DNA of 64,000 nt from a virus (lineage: Duplodnaviria > Caudoviricetes): the IMG/VR virus record IMGVR_UViG_651703099_000001, positions 1 to 64,000 of that record; one strand, written 5' to 3'. The position numbers and the translations under genes were made by a program. How positions within the stretch are numbered: position 1 is the first letter of the stretch; each line of letters opens with the position of its first letter. This document shows positions 19,214 through 29,476 of this stretch, one piece after another. The notes under the pieces were generated by a model that was not told where the DNA came from, did not search any database, and saw nothing but the letters and a program-made list of their open reading frames with translations.

Positions 19214-19479
19214 TCATGGCGCTCCTTGATGATGTTTTGCAAATCCAGGCTGCTGACAGAGTGGCTGACGTAGAGCGTCGGTCTACCCAGAAGGGCGTTA
19301 AGGGAGATTTCGAGGGAAGCGTGACTGGGTACTGGGTCAGACTCAGGGAAGATGGAGCCGGAATCGTAAGTTACAACAACAAGCAGTACGTTACCAAGCC
19401 CATTGGGTTTACTTCTTTGCCCGCTGGTCAGGCGGTTGAACTTAGCCATGCAAATGGCGTCTACTACTCTTCCTGGTAA
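19210..19479 (+). CDS. Small tail-region protein
   Basis: Coupled ORF in the tail block. Confidence 0.55.
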   Translation: MIMALLDDVLQIQAADRVADVERRSTQKGVKGDFEGSVTGYWVRLREDGAGIVSYNNKQYVTKPIGFTSLPAGQAVELSHANGVYYSSW

Positions 19480-19481
19480 CC

Positions 19482-19694
19482 ATGGCTATTAGTCCTTCTC
19501 ATTTTAGCGCGGCATCAGTCAAGGACAACAAAGATGTTGTAATCGAAATGCTTGCCTCGAGGCCGACGGTTGACGGAATCTTTTCACCAGCGAGAACCCC
19601 TGGGCTGCTTTGTGGTTACTACAACGCAACTGGAGACTATGTAGAGCTATACATGGTTGCAGCTAGTGGAATTCGATTCTTGAGGATTGGCTGA
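19482..19694 (+). CDS. Small tail-region protein
   Basis: Coupled ORF. Confidence 0.55.
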   Translation: MAISPSHFSAASVKDNKDVVIEMLASRPTVDGIFSPARTPGLLCGYYNATGDYVELYMVAASGIRFLRIG

Positions 19695-20008
19695 TGGCAA
19701 TAGAAAGTAATCGCCTAGCGGTTCAGGCTACACTAAAAAGGTCGCAGACTGCGGTATATTTGCCACTATATCTCTTCAACGAGACCCTTCAGCGATACGA
19801 AAAATACAACGAAGATACTCAACAATGGGACACAGTTGCTTCCCTCGGAAGTGGAGTGGATGGTCAAATTATACTGTTTCAACCGTCCAGTAATGCTTTG
19901 CACGTTCTGAAGGTTTGGTTCAACGGCGACTGGAGAGAAACCAAAATAGCCGCCGTGTTTATCAATCCAGATACTGGCAAGCCATGGAACCCGCTGCAGA
20001 ATTTCTAG
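19694..20008 (+). CDS. Small tail-region protein
   Basis: Coupled ORF (TGATG). Confidence 0.55.
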   Translation: MAIESNRLAVQATLKRSQTAVYLPLYLFNETLQRYEKYNEDTQQWDTVASLGSGVDGQIILFQPSSNALHVLKVWFNGDWRETKIAAVFINPDTGKPWNPLQNF

Positions 20009-20038
20009 GCTGGCATCCTATTCCAGCTAGGTGCTACC

Positions 20039-21541
20039 ATGGGCTGGTCGTTAAACAACTGGGGGTCGTCAAGGGTTGAGGCGGCTAGTGAGTTTTTAAG
20101 GACTGGTGTTGTTGGCACGTCTTTTGGCGGAACTGGCTGCTTTGGTAGCAATCAGTGCGCTGTTGGTTACGCCTGTATCGGTGGGCGTTGCGTAAAAACG
20201 GACGAAGCTGGCGGAGGAAGCGGCGGATCATACAGCGGCAGTAGCAATGGCGCTGGGGGCTACTATCCCGGTGGCAGTTGCGGCTCGGGAACAGACGGTG
20301 GTGTCTCTGGTGATGGCTCTATTGGTACGGGATCTTGCGCAAGTTCCTCTAGTAGCAGCGGCGGCCCTGTAGGATGCACTGTTCCTACATGTGGAGAGGG
20401 CAGCAACGGCTACGGTGGGTTTGACAGCGACTGTTGTGGTACAAGGTGCTGCAGGTATCAGGCCGGTGTTGGCGGGTACCCAACCGTCAACTGTTATTGT
20501 GGCGACTGTCCTGGACTAACTGGTGAACGGTGCTCGAGCGACACTGATTGCCTTTCGGGAGTGTGCATCAACGGCCGATGCGCTGATCCCAAGAAGTGTG
20601 TATCATTTTGCTACGAATACTACGAGGCAAATGGCAGCTTTGCCGCTGGCTGTAATAGTAACGACGTTTGCGACGAGTGTACGGAGTGTGGAGGCACCTC
20701 TGCTGGTGGCGACTACTGCACTCAGAAAGCCGACGCGCCGCCGTGCCATTGCGATCCAGATTCCGTTGGCGATTGTGATCTATGCGCGAACGACGGAAGT
20801 GTTATTCCTGGCGTATGCCTGGAGTGCGCTGAAGTCACAAACCAGCTCTGTACGTGTGGACTTGTAGCAAGCGCTAGGGTATGTGTCGAACAGGGGTCTA
20901 GCGGACTGTCTGTTGTCAATCTTGCTCAGGATGCGGCCAATCAGGCCTGCTTGGACGCATGCAGCGGCCCGACATCTCCCCCTGACAAATGCGCACCCTA
21001 TTGTGTCAGTAAAACGGTCTGCTCGGATGGTGGCTGTCCAGAAAACCCAGAAGATGGTGTTCCTGCGAATGAGGACGGTAAGGTAAACACTTGGAGTGGT
21101 TGCATTGAGGCGGATGGTCAAGCTTGCACTTTGTACTACGAGTGTGATTACTCCATGCTGCCAGACGAATGCAAGGCTTGCGACTGCAACTGTCACAACG
21201 ACTGCCCTTCCTGCCAGCTATGCGGGGCGGACGGAAAGTGCTATACAGACCCAGCTTGCGAGTTAAACTGCTGTAGCGAGGCAGATGTAGCAGCGGGCTA
21301 TATATGCTCGCCTTTTGCCGATTACGTTATCAAGAATACATCCAACGGCTCGACCATAATAAGCTATAGAACCAATGGCTCAATCAGCTTTGAACCAAAC
21401 TCAAATGGCTTTATGTATTATTCTTATACCAACACATGTGGTGTGTATCAGTCCGGGTCAACCGGCGTTGGCGTTGACATCTGGGACAATTACACCGTAG
21501 AAGAAGTGAGTCGTAACATTAGCTGTTTCAACTGCAGCTAG
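20039..21541 (+). CDS. Very cysteine-rich tail-region protein
   Basis: About 59 Cys in 500 aa by hand count; no signal peptide; own promoter motif. Confidence 0.8.
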   Translation: MGWSLNNWGSSRVEAASEFLRTGVVGTSFGGTGCFGSNQCAVGYACIGGRCVKTDEAGGGSGGSYSGSSNGAGGYYPGGSCGSGTDGGVSGDGSIGTGSCASSSSSSGGPVGCTVPTCGEGSNGYGGFDSDCCGTRCCRYQAGVGGYPTVNCYCGDCPGLTGERCSSDTDCLSGVCINGRCADPKKCVSFCYEYYEANGSFAAGCNSNDVCDECTECGGTSAGGDYCTQKADAPPCHCDPDSVGDCDLCANDGSVIPGVCLECAEVTNQLCTCGLVASARVCVEQGSSGLSVVNLAQDAANQACLDACSGPTSPPDKCAPYCVSKTVCSDGGCPENPEDGVPANEDGKVNTWSGCIEADGQACTLYYECDYSMLPDECKACDCNCHNDCPSCQLCGADGKCYTDPACELNCCSEADVAAGYICSPFADYVIKNTSNGSTIISYRTNGSISFEPNSNGFMYYSYTNTCGVYQSGSTGVGVDIWDNYTVEEVSRNISCFNCS

Positions 21542-21568
21542 GCAACCTAGTCTAGCTTCTGTGCAGCC

Positions 21569-22981
21569 GTGGCGGTTTTTCCAGACAAAATAGTCCTAAA
21601 GAACTCCACGGACGCTCAGGCTACGATTGAAAGTCTAATCGGCTCTGGCGGAACGGACGAGATCGACCCTGGCGAACTGGTCGTTGGACGTGAGTCTGGT
21701 GCTGTAAAGCTTTATGCGGTTGACTCTGACGGCGCGATCCAGGTTATTAGCGGCGGCGGTGGGACGGGAGTTGGCTCAATAAATGATTTAAGCGACGTTG
21801 ACACAGCTACCAATCCACCGTCTGTAAACCAGATCCTCATCTGGGACGGGGCCAACTGGGTCCCGCAGGACATCGTATCCGAAGGCAGTATTGTAGAGCA
21901 GACTGGCAATCTGACAGCTTTTCCGCTTCATGGCATTGATGGTTTCTACGCTTCTCAGGCCGCACTGGAAGCGGATGGCTTTACCTATATCGCCAACAGC
22001 GCTAATGCAGATGATGTAGCCCTACCCTTCAGTCCTGGGAGTCAGTGGAATGGAATACAGTTCCTTCAGCACACCCCTACCAGTGCTAATTGGTTCATCA
22101 ACACAAACGGCGGCGTTGGATTTGATCAGGGCAGCAATACGACCACCGGACGTGGCGGAAATGCCGTAAGCGATGCTGCTGTCATTGACCTCTACGTCTC
22201 GCTCTGGAGTCAAGACACTGAAACCCGCCTGGCTGGATATAAAACAATCCAGGAGGGTGCGCTTGACTGGCTTGTTGTTCGCATGGACCAAAAGGTTCCC
22301 TACAATAGCGAAACAAACGGATTTCCTGTCGAGGTTTGGTTCTCATCGGCTGGTACCATATCGGTCCGTTATGGCACTTCTGTTAACGGTGCAAGCTTTA
22401 CAGTTGGAGCGACCAGGAATGCCATCATATCCAACGGAGGCGTTGTTCCCAGTACTTCTGCCCCGTACACTGGGCTAACGGGGAGCGGCGCCTATGGCAT
22501 TTTGTATTCCTTCTCCCCTGGAACAGGTCTTCAGCTTGATTCACTTGGCGATGTAAGCGCTCCAGCCCCCACGAACGGGCAGGTGCTTACATGGGATAAT
22601 GCGACTGGATTCTGGGTGCCTCAAACGCCAGCTCCTGGTGGCGTAACAAGTGTTGACGTTGCTGGCGGCACGGGTCTGACATCTTCTGGTGGCCCGGTCA
22701 CAGCAAGCGGCACGATTACGATTGACCTAGATGACACCGCTGTAACGCCTGGGTCTTACACCAACGCAAACATCACGGTCGACGCACAGGGTCGCATAAC
22801 GGCCGCTGTTAACGGTTCCAGTGGCGAGTTTGGCCGTGGCGATGGTGGAGATCTGGACAGTGGCAGTGTTGCTAGTCCTTTTGCGTTTGGCGTGTACGGC
22901 GGTGGAGATCTGGATACTACCACTGAAGACAAACCCGTTGAACTTGTGTCCTACAATGTAGACGGCGGAGAGATCACCTAG
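21569..22981 (+). CDS. Tail fibre protein
   Basis: GELVV..KLY N-module, DLSDVD..GQVL.W repeats, GSYTNANITVDAQGRIT. Confidence 0.8.
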   Translation: MAVFPDKIVLKNSTDAQATIESLIGSGGTDEIDPGELVVGRESGAVKLYAVDSDGAIQVISGGGGTGVGSINDLSDVDTATNPPSVNQILIWDGANWVPQDIVSEGSIVEQTGNLTAFPLHGIDGFYASQAALEADGFTYIANSANADDVALPFSPGSQWNGIQFLQHTPTSANWFINTNGGVGFDQGSNTTTGRGGNAVSDAAVIDLYVSLWSQDTETRLAGYKTIQEGALDWLVVRMDQKVPYNSETNGFPVEVWFSSAGTISVRYGTSVNGASFTVGATRNAIISNGGVVPSTSAPYTGLTGSGAYGILYSFSPGTGLQLDSLGDVSAPAPTNGQVLTWDNATGFWVPQTPAPGGVTSVDVAGGTGLTSSGGPVTASGTITIDLDDTAVTPGSYTNANITVDAQGRITAAVNGSSGEFGRGDGGDLDSGSVASPFAFGVYGGGDLDTTTEDKPVELVSYNVDGGEIT

Positions 22982-23008
22982 GAATACTAGCCTAGCTGAT
23001 TTTGATCC

Positions 23009-25093
23009 GTGGCAGTACCTTCCAACCGCGTACCAGTAAGAGTCGCCCGCGGCCTGAAGAGTGCGCTGACAGCGAATCTGGCGGATCTACTTGAGGGCGA
23101 ACTTGTATACGCGAAGGACGAAGACAAGCTTTACATGATAGAGGGCGGCACACTTGTCGCCATGGGTGCGGATTTGGCCGCGGCTTCTATCTTGGATCTG
23201 GGTGATGTCGAGCCGAACTCCCTGCCAGACGGCGCTCGCTACGCCCTTGGTGGTGTTCAATTCCCTGGGAATGGCCTATGGTACAGAAGTGGTAGCAGGA
23301 TATCCTGGGGTGCTATTGACGCGGACAGTACTGACAGAACTTCTCAAATTACGGCAGCAAGTGGGTCCATCTTTTGGTCCACCGATGGTGCTACCTGGAA
23401 TGAGATATTCTTTACTGGTTCCCCGCAAACGGTTGGTGATAGCTATTACATCGACATCACCTCTGGGAGCCTCCCGGCTTTAACGGGGGATTTGTATTTC
23501 TCCTTTTCGACTCCGGGAACACCGAGTCCTGCGCCGCTGGCTGACGGCGACTACTTGCGCTTTGATGGAACTGACTTTCGGCCTCAACAGCTTGCAACCG
23601 TAGCCGAGACGGGTGCATATTCCGATCTGTCTGGCACTCCCACCCTTGTCGAAAACATTGACGACCTGACCGATGTAGACACTAGCACTTCTGCTCCGAC
23701 TACGGATCAAGTTCTGGCCTGGAACGGCACTAACTGGGTGCCCTCTGACGTCAGCGCAGTTGGTGGCGGAGTTACTCGTATCCAAGATGCGACAGATTAC
23801 GAGCCAAATACCACACCACCCGCTGGCACCATTTACTATTTCTCCAAGGCTATCGCGAATTTTCCAGAGGATTGGACGTGCCCAGACCGAGGAACATATT
23901 CAACCGATCCCGGCGACGGAACGCAATATAACTTAGCCCGCTACGATAGGGACGGCCGAGATACTCAGTCTGTTTTCCCCAGTAGTGGCTCTATCTGGTG
24001 GACTTTTGATCTGACCCAGCCTTGGACTCAGATGACGTACACCGGCCTCGGCGCTCAGAGTATATGTACCGCCAATAGTAGGAAAGCCTACAACGGCACG
24101 GTCAATGGTTGGCCCCTAGATGGGTCGACAGATAAGATACTCTACGTTGCTCTTAGCGACCTGGGCACTGGCATTCCTATCCCGCTGGCCGCTGGCGACT
24201 ACCTGCGTTACGATGGCGGAGACTTCCGTCCAAAACAGCTAGCTACCGTTGCCGAAACTGGTGCATATTCCGACCTGTCTGGTGCCCCGACCCTTGGCAC
24301 TGCAGCCGCTGCAGCCACTACCGACTTTGCTACCGCAGCTCAGGGCACTCTAGCAGATAGCGCCGTCCAGCCCACGGATTCGATTGACACTCTTGCGGAT
24401 GTCACAGTCACCACCCCATCCAACGGGGAAGCGCTTGTCTGGAACGGGTCGGCCTGGGTCAACAGCACTGTTAGCACTGTCGGCTCGATCGACGATCTGA
24501 CCGATGTTGACACCACGACCTCTGCACCCACCAACGGCCAGGTCCTCGAGTGGAATGGTACCAACTGGGTTCCTGCAACTATTGCCGCTGGTGGTGTTAC
24601 CAGCATCATTGCTGGCACTGGCATCTCTGTCGACCAGGCCACTGGCGATGTGACGATTACGGCAACAGGTGGTGGTGTCTCTGGTATCGGCGTCGCTACT
24701 CGCGTTTCCGACAGCGGAACTGCCGCCTCCGGCGCACTGGCTCTGACCGGCCTCGGCTCTAGCGGCATGCTCCACACGCTGAGCACTGACCTGGATGCCT
24801 GGGTAGTCTTCTACGGCTCTGCAGCAGACCGCACGGCCGACGCGGGCCGCGCATACAACACAGACCCCGCAGCGGGCTCAGGGGTCCTTGCAGAGGCTTA
24901 TGTGACTACGGCTGGTGCCATCTTGTTCACGCCTGGTACTGGTTACATGAACAACGACACTACTGAGACTGCCGCCCTCTACCTTGCGGTGCGAGACCAG
25001 GCGGGTGCGGCTGTCAATGCAACTCTGACTGTTACCGCCTATGTCCAGGGTGGATATGATGGCGTCTCTGGCGGCACTTTTGGTAGCGGTTGA
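23009..25093 (+). CDS. Tail fibre protein
   Basis: LEGELVY..DKLY, LATVA..GAYSDLSG and DLTDVD repeats. Confidence 0.85.
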   Translation: MAVPSNRVPVRVARGLKSALTANLADLLEGELVYAKDEDKLYMIEGGTLVAMGADLAAASILDLGDVEPNSLPDGARYALGGVQFPGNGLWYRSGSRISWGAIDADSTDRTSQITAASGSIFWSTDGATWNEIFFTGSPQTVGDSYYIDITSGSLPALTGDLYFSFSTPGTPSPAPLADGDYLRFDGTDFRPQQLATVAETGAYSDLSGTPTLVENIDDLTDVDTSTSAPTTDQVLAWNGTNWVPSDVSAVGGGVTRIQDATDYEPNTTPPAGTIYYFSKAIANFPEDWTCPDRGTYSTDPGDGTQYNLARYDRDGRDTQSVFPSSGSIWWTFDLTQPWTQMTYTGLGAQSICTANSRKAYNGTVNGWPLDGSTDKILYVALSDLGTGIPIPLAAGDYLRYDGGDFRPKQLATVAETGAYSDLSGAPTLGTAAAAATTDFATAAQGTLADSAVQPTDSIDTLADVTVTTPSNGEALVWNGSAWVNSTVSTVGSIDDLTDVDTTTSAPTNGQVLEWNGTNWVPATIAAGGVTSIIAGTGISVDQATGDVTITATGGGVSGIGVATRVSDSGTAASGALALTGLGSSGMLHTLSTDLDAWVVFYGSAADRTADAGRAYNTDPAAGSGVLAEAYVTTAGAILFTPGTGYMNNDTTETAALYLAVRDQAGAAVNATLTVTAYVQGGYDGVSGGTFGSG

Positions 25094-25126
25094 TCGGAAT
25101 ACTAGCCAAGACGATTCTTAGTTGAA

Positions 25127-27178
25127 ATGGCTGACCTCACTGCTCGTATTAAGCCGAAGAAGAGCAGCACGACTGGTGAGGTGCCCCAGGCTTCGGATCT
25201 GGAAGTTGCAGAACTTGCTGTAAACACTGCAGACGGCAAGCTGTTTGTTAAGCACACCGATAATTCGATCAAGGAGATCAGTGGTGGCGTTGACAGTGTT
25301 AATGGTGAAATAGGCGTCGTGTCCCTTGGTGTCGTGGACATGAACGACTATTCTCCTCGTTATGTGTCTGCAGATCCAGCCTGGTTAATGAGTACAACTT
25401 TCACTAACAGTACACAATTTACTGGTGACGGGCAAGGCTTCCTTACGGGAGGTGGTACTGTTTACGTGTATCTCAGAAAAGTAGACGCCGACGGTATTGA
25501 CAGAACCTCTCAACTCATGGGGCTTCAGATCGGCGATAGCCTCACTTTCTCTTGGAACGGTGGGGCCAATACTAACGTCAAAGACGTTTTCGGAGAAGCG
25601 CCTACAGAGTATACTGATTTTGTAAGAATTAGGGTCAATAACTCTACGGAAAGTTGGAGCGATAATCAGCGGGTTGAGATTAGCGGCGGCACTTTATCGG
25701 CAACACCTACCGAGGTCCCGAAAGCTACTGGGGATTTGTTGACCTGGAATAGCGTCACAAGCAAATTTGAGCCAACGCCAAAGCTGCTAGCCACGGTAGC
25801 CACGACTGGCGCATATTCTGATCTGTCTGGTACACCCACTCTTGTCACGAGTATCAATGATTTAACAGACGTTGACACTACCACCGCTGCGCCTACTACT
25901 GGTCAGTTGCTCGAATGGGACGGCGCCAACTGGGTTCCTGGCGATGCGCCTGCTGGCGCTGTTAGCAGTGTTAATGGTGAAACAGGCGTCGTGTCCCTGG
26001 GCGTTCAGGACATGGATGACTTTAAGCTGAACCAAGTTTTCGGAGGGCTTTCCTGGGCTGGTTACTCTTCTTCGGGAAATTCTGCTTTGACCAGCAACGA
26101 ATGGTGGTCAAACCAATTCAATTTGATTGTCTCTCCAGTCACGACAGCAGGCGATCAGACTTCAGCCCTGCTGGGAATGACTGGCGAAATCATTTTGACC
26201 GACGCCTCTAACGCTACTTTTTCATTTACGCCAACAAACATAACTTCTGATAACAATGGATCTGGAGGAGCTCCTAGAATCCTGATAGCTGGTATTGGCG
26301 CGACTATCGATGGCGCTATTAACAAGTCGGGCGGGCTGACTATCTCGAATATAACCTTTGGCGCGCTTGACGTACCTCTTGCTGAAGGCGAGATTCTTCT
26401 GTGGAACAGCACTGAAAGCAAATTCAAGCCGCAAGCGATAGCCACGGTGGCAACAAGTGGCTCTTACAATGACCTGGCTAACTTGCCTACCCTTGTCACG
26501 AGCATTGATGGCCTGACAGACGTAGACACTTCCACGGCGGCGCCTACGGACGGCCAAGTCTTGACATGGGACAATGCCAACGGTCAGTGGGAGCCCGCAA
26601 CCCCTTCTGGAAGCATCCAGACCGCAAGCGACTTCGAGTTAAATCCTGCTGGTACCGATCTTACTTGGTCTACTTGTCTTGGCGCTACTACAATTTCAAA
26701 TGATCCGCCTGGAAGTTGGGGGGCATTTGAATCAGGTGGAGAGACGACTATTTCAATCGAAGAAGCATCAGACCAGGGTGATGTTACGGCAAAGCTTCAA
26801 GCGATTCAGGTCAATGACGTTATTGCGGTTAACGGTACAAATAGGACAGTTGTTTCTAAATCTGATTTTCTTAGCCTACAAGGCGAGATGAGATTATCAT
26901 TTGCCGGAGTTGGTTACATAGATAATACGGCTGGTGCTAATACGCTCACTCTTTCTGCTGCACAATTCGCTACTGGAACCACCCCCCTGGCTGATGGCGA
27001 TATCCTGCAATATGTTGCAGCCGACTCCGCGTTCAAGCCCGCGCAGATCCCAGTTGACTCCAACATTGCCCAGGCTGGCACGGGTGCCAACGCCATCAAC
27101 AACCTCGTAACCATCTCTCAGGTAGACTACGACGCGCTCGGCACTCCTGACGCCAACACCGTTTACTTTATCGTCTAA
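25127..27178 (+). CDS. Tail fibre protein
   Basis: ELAVNTADGKLF N-module, VSSVNGETGVV repeats, C-terminal SQVDYDALGTPDANTVYFI. Confidence 0.85.
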   Translation: MADLTARIKPKKSSTTGEVPQASDLEVAELAVNTADGKLFVKHTDNSIKEISGGVDSVNGEIGVVSLGVVDMNDYSPRYVSADPAWLMSTTFTNSTQFTGDGQGFLTGGGTVYVYLRKVDADGIDRTSQLMGLQIGDSLTFSWNGGANTNVKDVFGEAPTEYTDFVRIRVNNSTESWSDNQRVEISGGTLSATPTEVPKATGDLLTWNSVTSKFEPTPKLLATVATTGAYSDLSGTPTLVTSINDLTDVDTTTAAPTTGQLLEWDGANWVPGDAPAGAVSSVNGETGVVSLGVQDMDDFKLNQVFGGLSWAGYSSSGNSALTSNEWWSNQFNLIVSPVTTAGDQTSALLGMTGEIILTDASNATFSFTPTNITSDNNGSGGAPRILIAGIGATIDGAINKSGGLTISNITFGALDVPLAEGEILLWNSTESKFKPQAIATVATSGSYNDLANLPTLVTSIDGLTDVDTSTAAPTDGQVLTWDNANGQWEPATPSGSIQTASDFELNPAGTDLTWSTCLGATTISNDPPGSWGAFESGGETTISIEEASDQGDVTAKLQAIQVNDVIAVNGTNRTVVSKSDFLSLQGEMRLSFAGVGYIDNTAGANTLTLSAAQFATGTTPLADGDILQYVAADSAFKPAQIPVDSNIAQAGTGANAINNLVTISQVDYDALGTPDANTVYFIV

Positions 27179-28251
27179 TGGGATACCTCGGAAGTTCTGC
27201 ATTTGCTGGGGTCAAGGCTGGCTCCAGCGACGTGTCCAAGATTTATGTAGGCAGCAGTCTGGCGTGGGAATCAAGCCCATCGTCCGCGTTTAAGCTTTTG
27301 ACCTACACGGGTAATGGAGCTGCACGCTCTATCACTGGTGCTGGGTTTGAGCCTGGACTGGTTTGGATAAACAAAACCAGTAGTTCCTCAAAGCGTGATA
27401 TGATTTTTGACGTAACTAGGGGGCCTACAAAGCTTGTTACCCTTAACTATGCCAGTGCAGAAAACACTAACGTCAATTCATTAACCTCCTTCGACGCGGA
27501 TGGATTTAGCCTAGGTACTGAATATGACACAAACCAAAGCGGCGTAGTGTATCGCGCATTTTGCTGGGGAGGGCTTGGGCCGGCGGCCACAAACAATGAC
27601 GGCACTACTGCTACAAACGTTAGAGTCAGCGCAGGGACTGGCTTTAGCGTATTCACTTATACTGGCAATTCGGTTTCTAATACCACAATCGGCCACGGCC
27701 TCGGAAGCACTCCAGACTTTGTTCTGATTCAATATCGGTTTCCTAACCTTAGCTATCTTAACAGGGTTTACGCTCCTTCGGTCAGTACGGGAAACCAAGT
27801 CTGGACTATTGCGTATCAGTCTGCGCTGACAACGGGCTCAAGCGCGATATTAGCCGTTGGACCAAACACAATTACCTTGTCAAGCAACGGTTCAGTGAAC
27901 GGGACAAACGGCGGAGGGCTGTCGTATGTGGGTTACGCATTTAAGTCGGTTCCTGGTCTCAGTAAATTTGGCGTGGTTACGAACGATGGCAGCGGAGTCG
28001 TCAATGTTGACTGTGGATTTATGCCGCAATTTCTGCTGTTAAAAGCCTATAACGTTTTCCAAAACTGGTACGTGTGCACTCCTACCGGCGGCACTACTGG
28101 CTATGTTACTTTCACTACACCTCCCACCGACCAGGCCAGCAACGTTAGCTCAAACATTGCAATTACGGGCACGGGCTTCAGCCTTGACCCAGGCGCCCCT
28201 GGCAATGTCAGCGGGGGCACGAGCAGCTTGTTCTACATGGCCTACGGCTGA
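27178..28251 (+). CDS. Fibre-tip / receptor-binding-like beta protein
   Basis: YTGNG repeats, GFEPGLVWI, HGLGSTPD; coupled to previous gene. Confidence 0.75.
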   Translation: MGYLGSSAFAGVKAGSSDVSKIYVGSSLAWESSPSSAFKLLTYTGNGAARSITGAGFEPGLVWINKTSSSSKRDMIFDVTRGPTKLVTLNYASAENTNVNSLTSFDADGFSLGTEYDTNQSGVVYRAFCWGGLGPAATNNDGTTATNVRVSAGTGFSVFTYTGNSVSNTTIGHGLGSTPDFVLIQYRFPNLSYLNRVYAPSVSTGNQVWTIAYQSALTTGSSAILAVGPNTITLSSNGSVNGTNGGGLSYVGYAFKSVPGLSKFGVVTNDGSGVVNVDCGFMPQFLLLKAYNVFQNWYVCTPTGGTTGYVTFTTPPTDQASNVSSNIAITGTGFSLDPGAPGNVSGGTSSLFYMAYG

Positions 28252-28282
28252 TCGGCATACTAGCCCAGCGTTTTGATCCGTT

Positions 28283-28702
28283 ATGGACATCGTTGCCGAA
28301 CTCAGTTACGATGGGAAGCAGCCTCTGGGGCCATGTTCCGCTTGGCCGCGAGATAGGCACGAAAAGTTAATGGCGGGCCTGCCTTCGGTTGTCAATGCCG
28401 ACGGCACTGTTGATACTTTTATGCCCGAATTGGCTAGCGGGGGGCGCGTTACACACGCTAAAAAAGTCAACGCTGGTATCGGCAAAATGGCTCGCGGACT
28501 GGTCCGCAACGCTGGGCAGGCTATTATGCACGGCAAGGTGTCGGAGGAAATCAGAAATGAGCGCTACGACACCTGCAAGGCGTGCCCTTTCTTTGTTGAG
28601 GGCAGCAAGCGCTGCTCTGAGTGCGGCTGTTTCATGGAGGCAAAGACTTGGATAGGTGGCGACCCGAACGCGCTGTGCCCCAAGCAGAAGTGGAGTCGTT
28701 GA
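28283..28702 (+). CDS. Cys-cluster protein (DUF6171-like)
   Basis: RYDTCKACP...RCSECGCFMEAKT...CPKQKW. Confidence 0.7.
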   Translation: MDIVAELSYDGKQPLGPCSAWPRDRHEKLMAGLPSVVNADGTVDTFMPELASGGRVTHAKKVNAGIGKMARGLVRNAGQAIMHGKVSEEIRNERYDTCKACPFFVEGSKRCSECGCFMEAKTWIGGDPNALCPKQKWSR

Positions 28703-28703
28703 C

Positions 28704-29429
28704 ATGGCGCTTAAACCACCAGACATGGAAAGCTGCACCCCAAAGGTTGTTTGCCTAGGCGGTGTCAACAACGGAACGGCCTACGATCCATCAGATCCGT
28801 GTCCAGGCGGATTCAACTTTGATTCATCTGCCTGCGACTGCAAGACTGTTTTTCCTCAAACAGGCGGATACTGGAGATGGTCTGGTACGGTTACCTCCAC
28901 TACTCCGAACGGCGACTACGCCAGAGCTGTTATCGTTATTTCAGGCCCTACTGGCAATGAATCTATTGTTGGAGAAGGATACGGGTCTGCTCAGGCGACT
29001 GGCGTAACTCCCTGGAAATTTCTTCCAGTCAACACGGATCCAGAAACTGGAGAAAAGATTCATTATCTTCCAGCAATGCTGGGCCAAGATGCTCCTCCAA
29101 CTTTTGACACCGAACCAAACACTTGGTATGCCCTAAACGCCTCTGGCAGTTCTTACAAGCGAGGTAGTTGCAACGGCGGCTGGAGTACTGGTAGTCCCAG
29201 TGTGCGTCAAGTATCTGATGCTTATGACCCAAACTTTCCGCCACCACCGTTGGCGCTTGGTGCCTACAGCATGGGATTCTCGATTTCAGGAAGTGGGTCT
29301 ACTTGCTACGGCGCCCCGGTCGGATCCCTTACGACCTATAGCGGTGCCTGGCAGTACAGTCCCAACGCAAGCGAAAGCAACATTACCTATGAATACGACA
29401 GCGACCCCTACACCCCACAAAACCCATAG
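28704..29429 (+). CDS. Putative virion protein with Cys-rich N-terminus
   Basis: ATG 28704; C..VC...DPCPGGFNFDSSACDC then a beta-rich domain. Confidence 0.65.
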   Translation: MALKPPDMESCTPKVVCLGGVNNGTAYDPSDPCPGGFNFDSSACDCKTVFPQTGGYWRWSGTVTSTTPNGDYARAVIVISGPTGNESIVGEGYGSAQATGVTPWKFLPVNTDPETGEKIHYLPAMLGQDAPPTFDTEPNTWYALNASGSSYKRGSCNGGWSTGSPSVRQVSDAYDPNFPPPPLALGAYSMGFSISGSGSTCYGAPVGSLTTYSGAWQYSPNASESNITYEYDSDPYTPQNP

Positions 29430-29476
29430 GCATACTACTGGCGTTACTTTCAACGGGTGAGACGCCCGATCACTAA

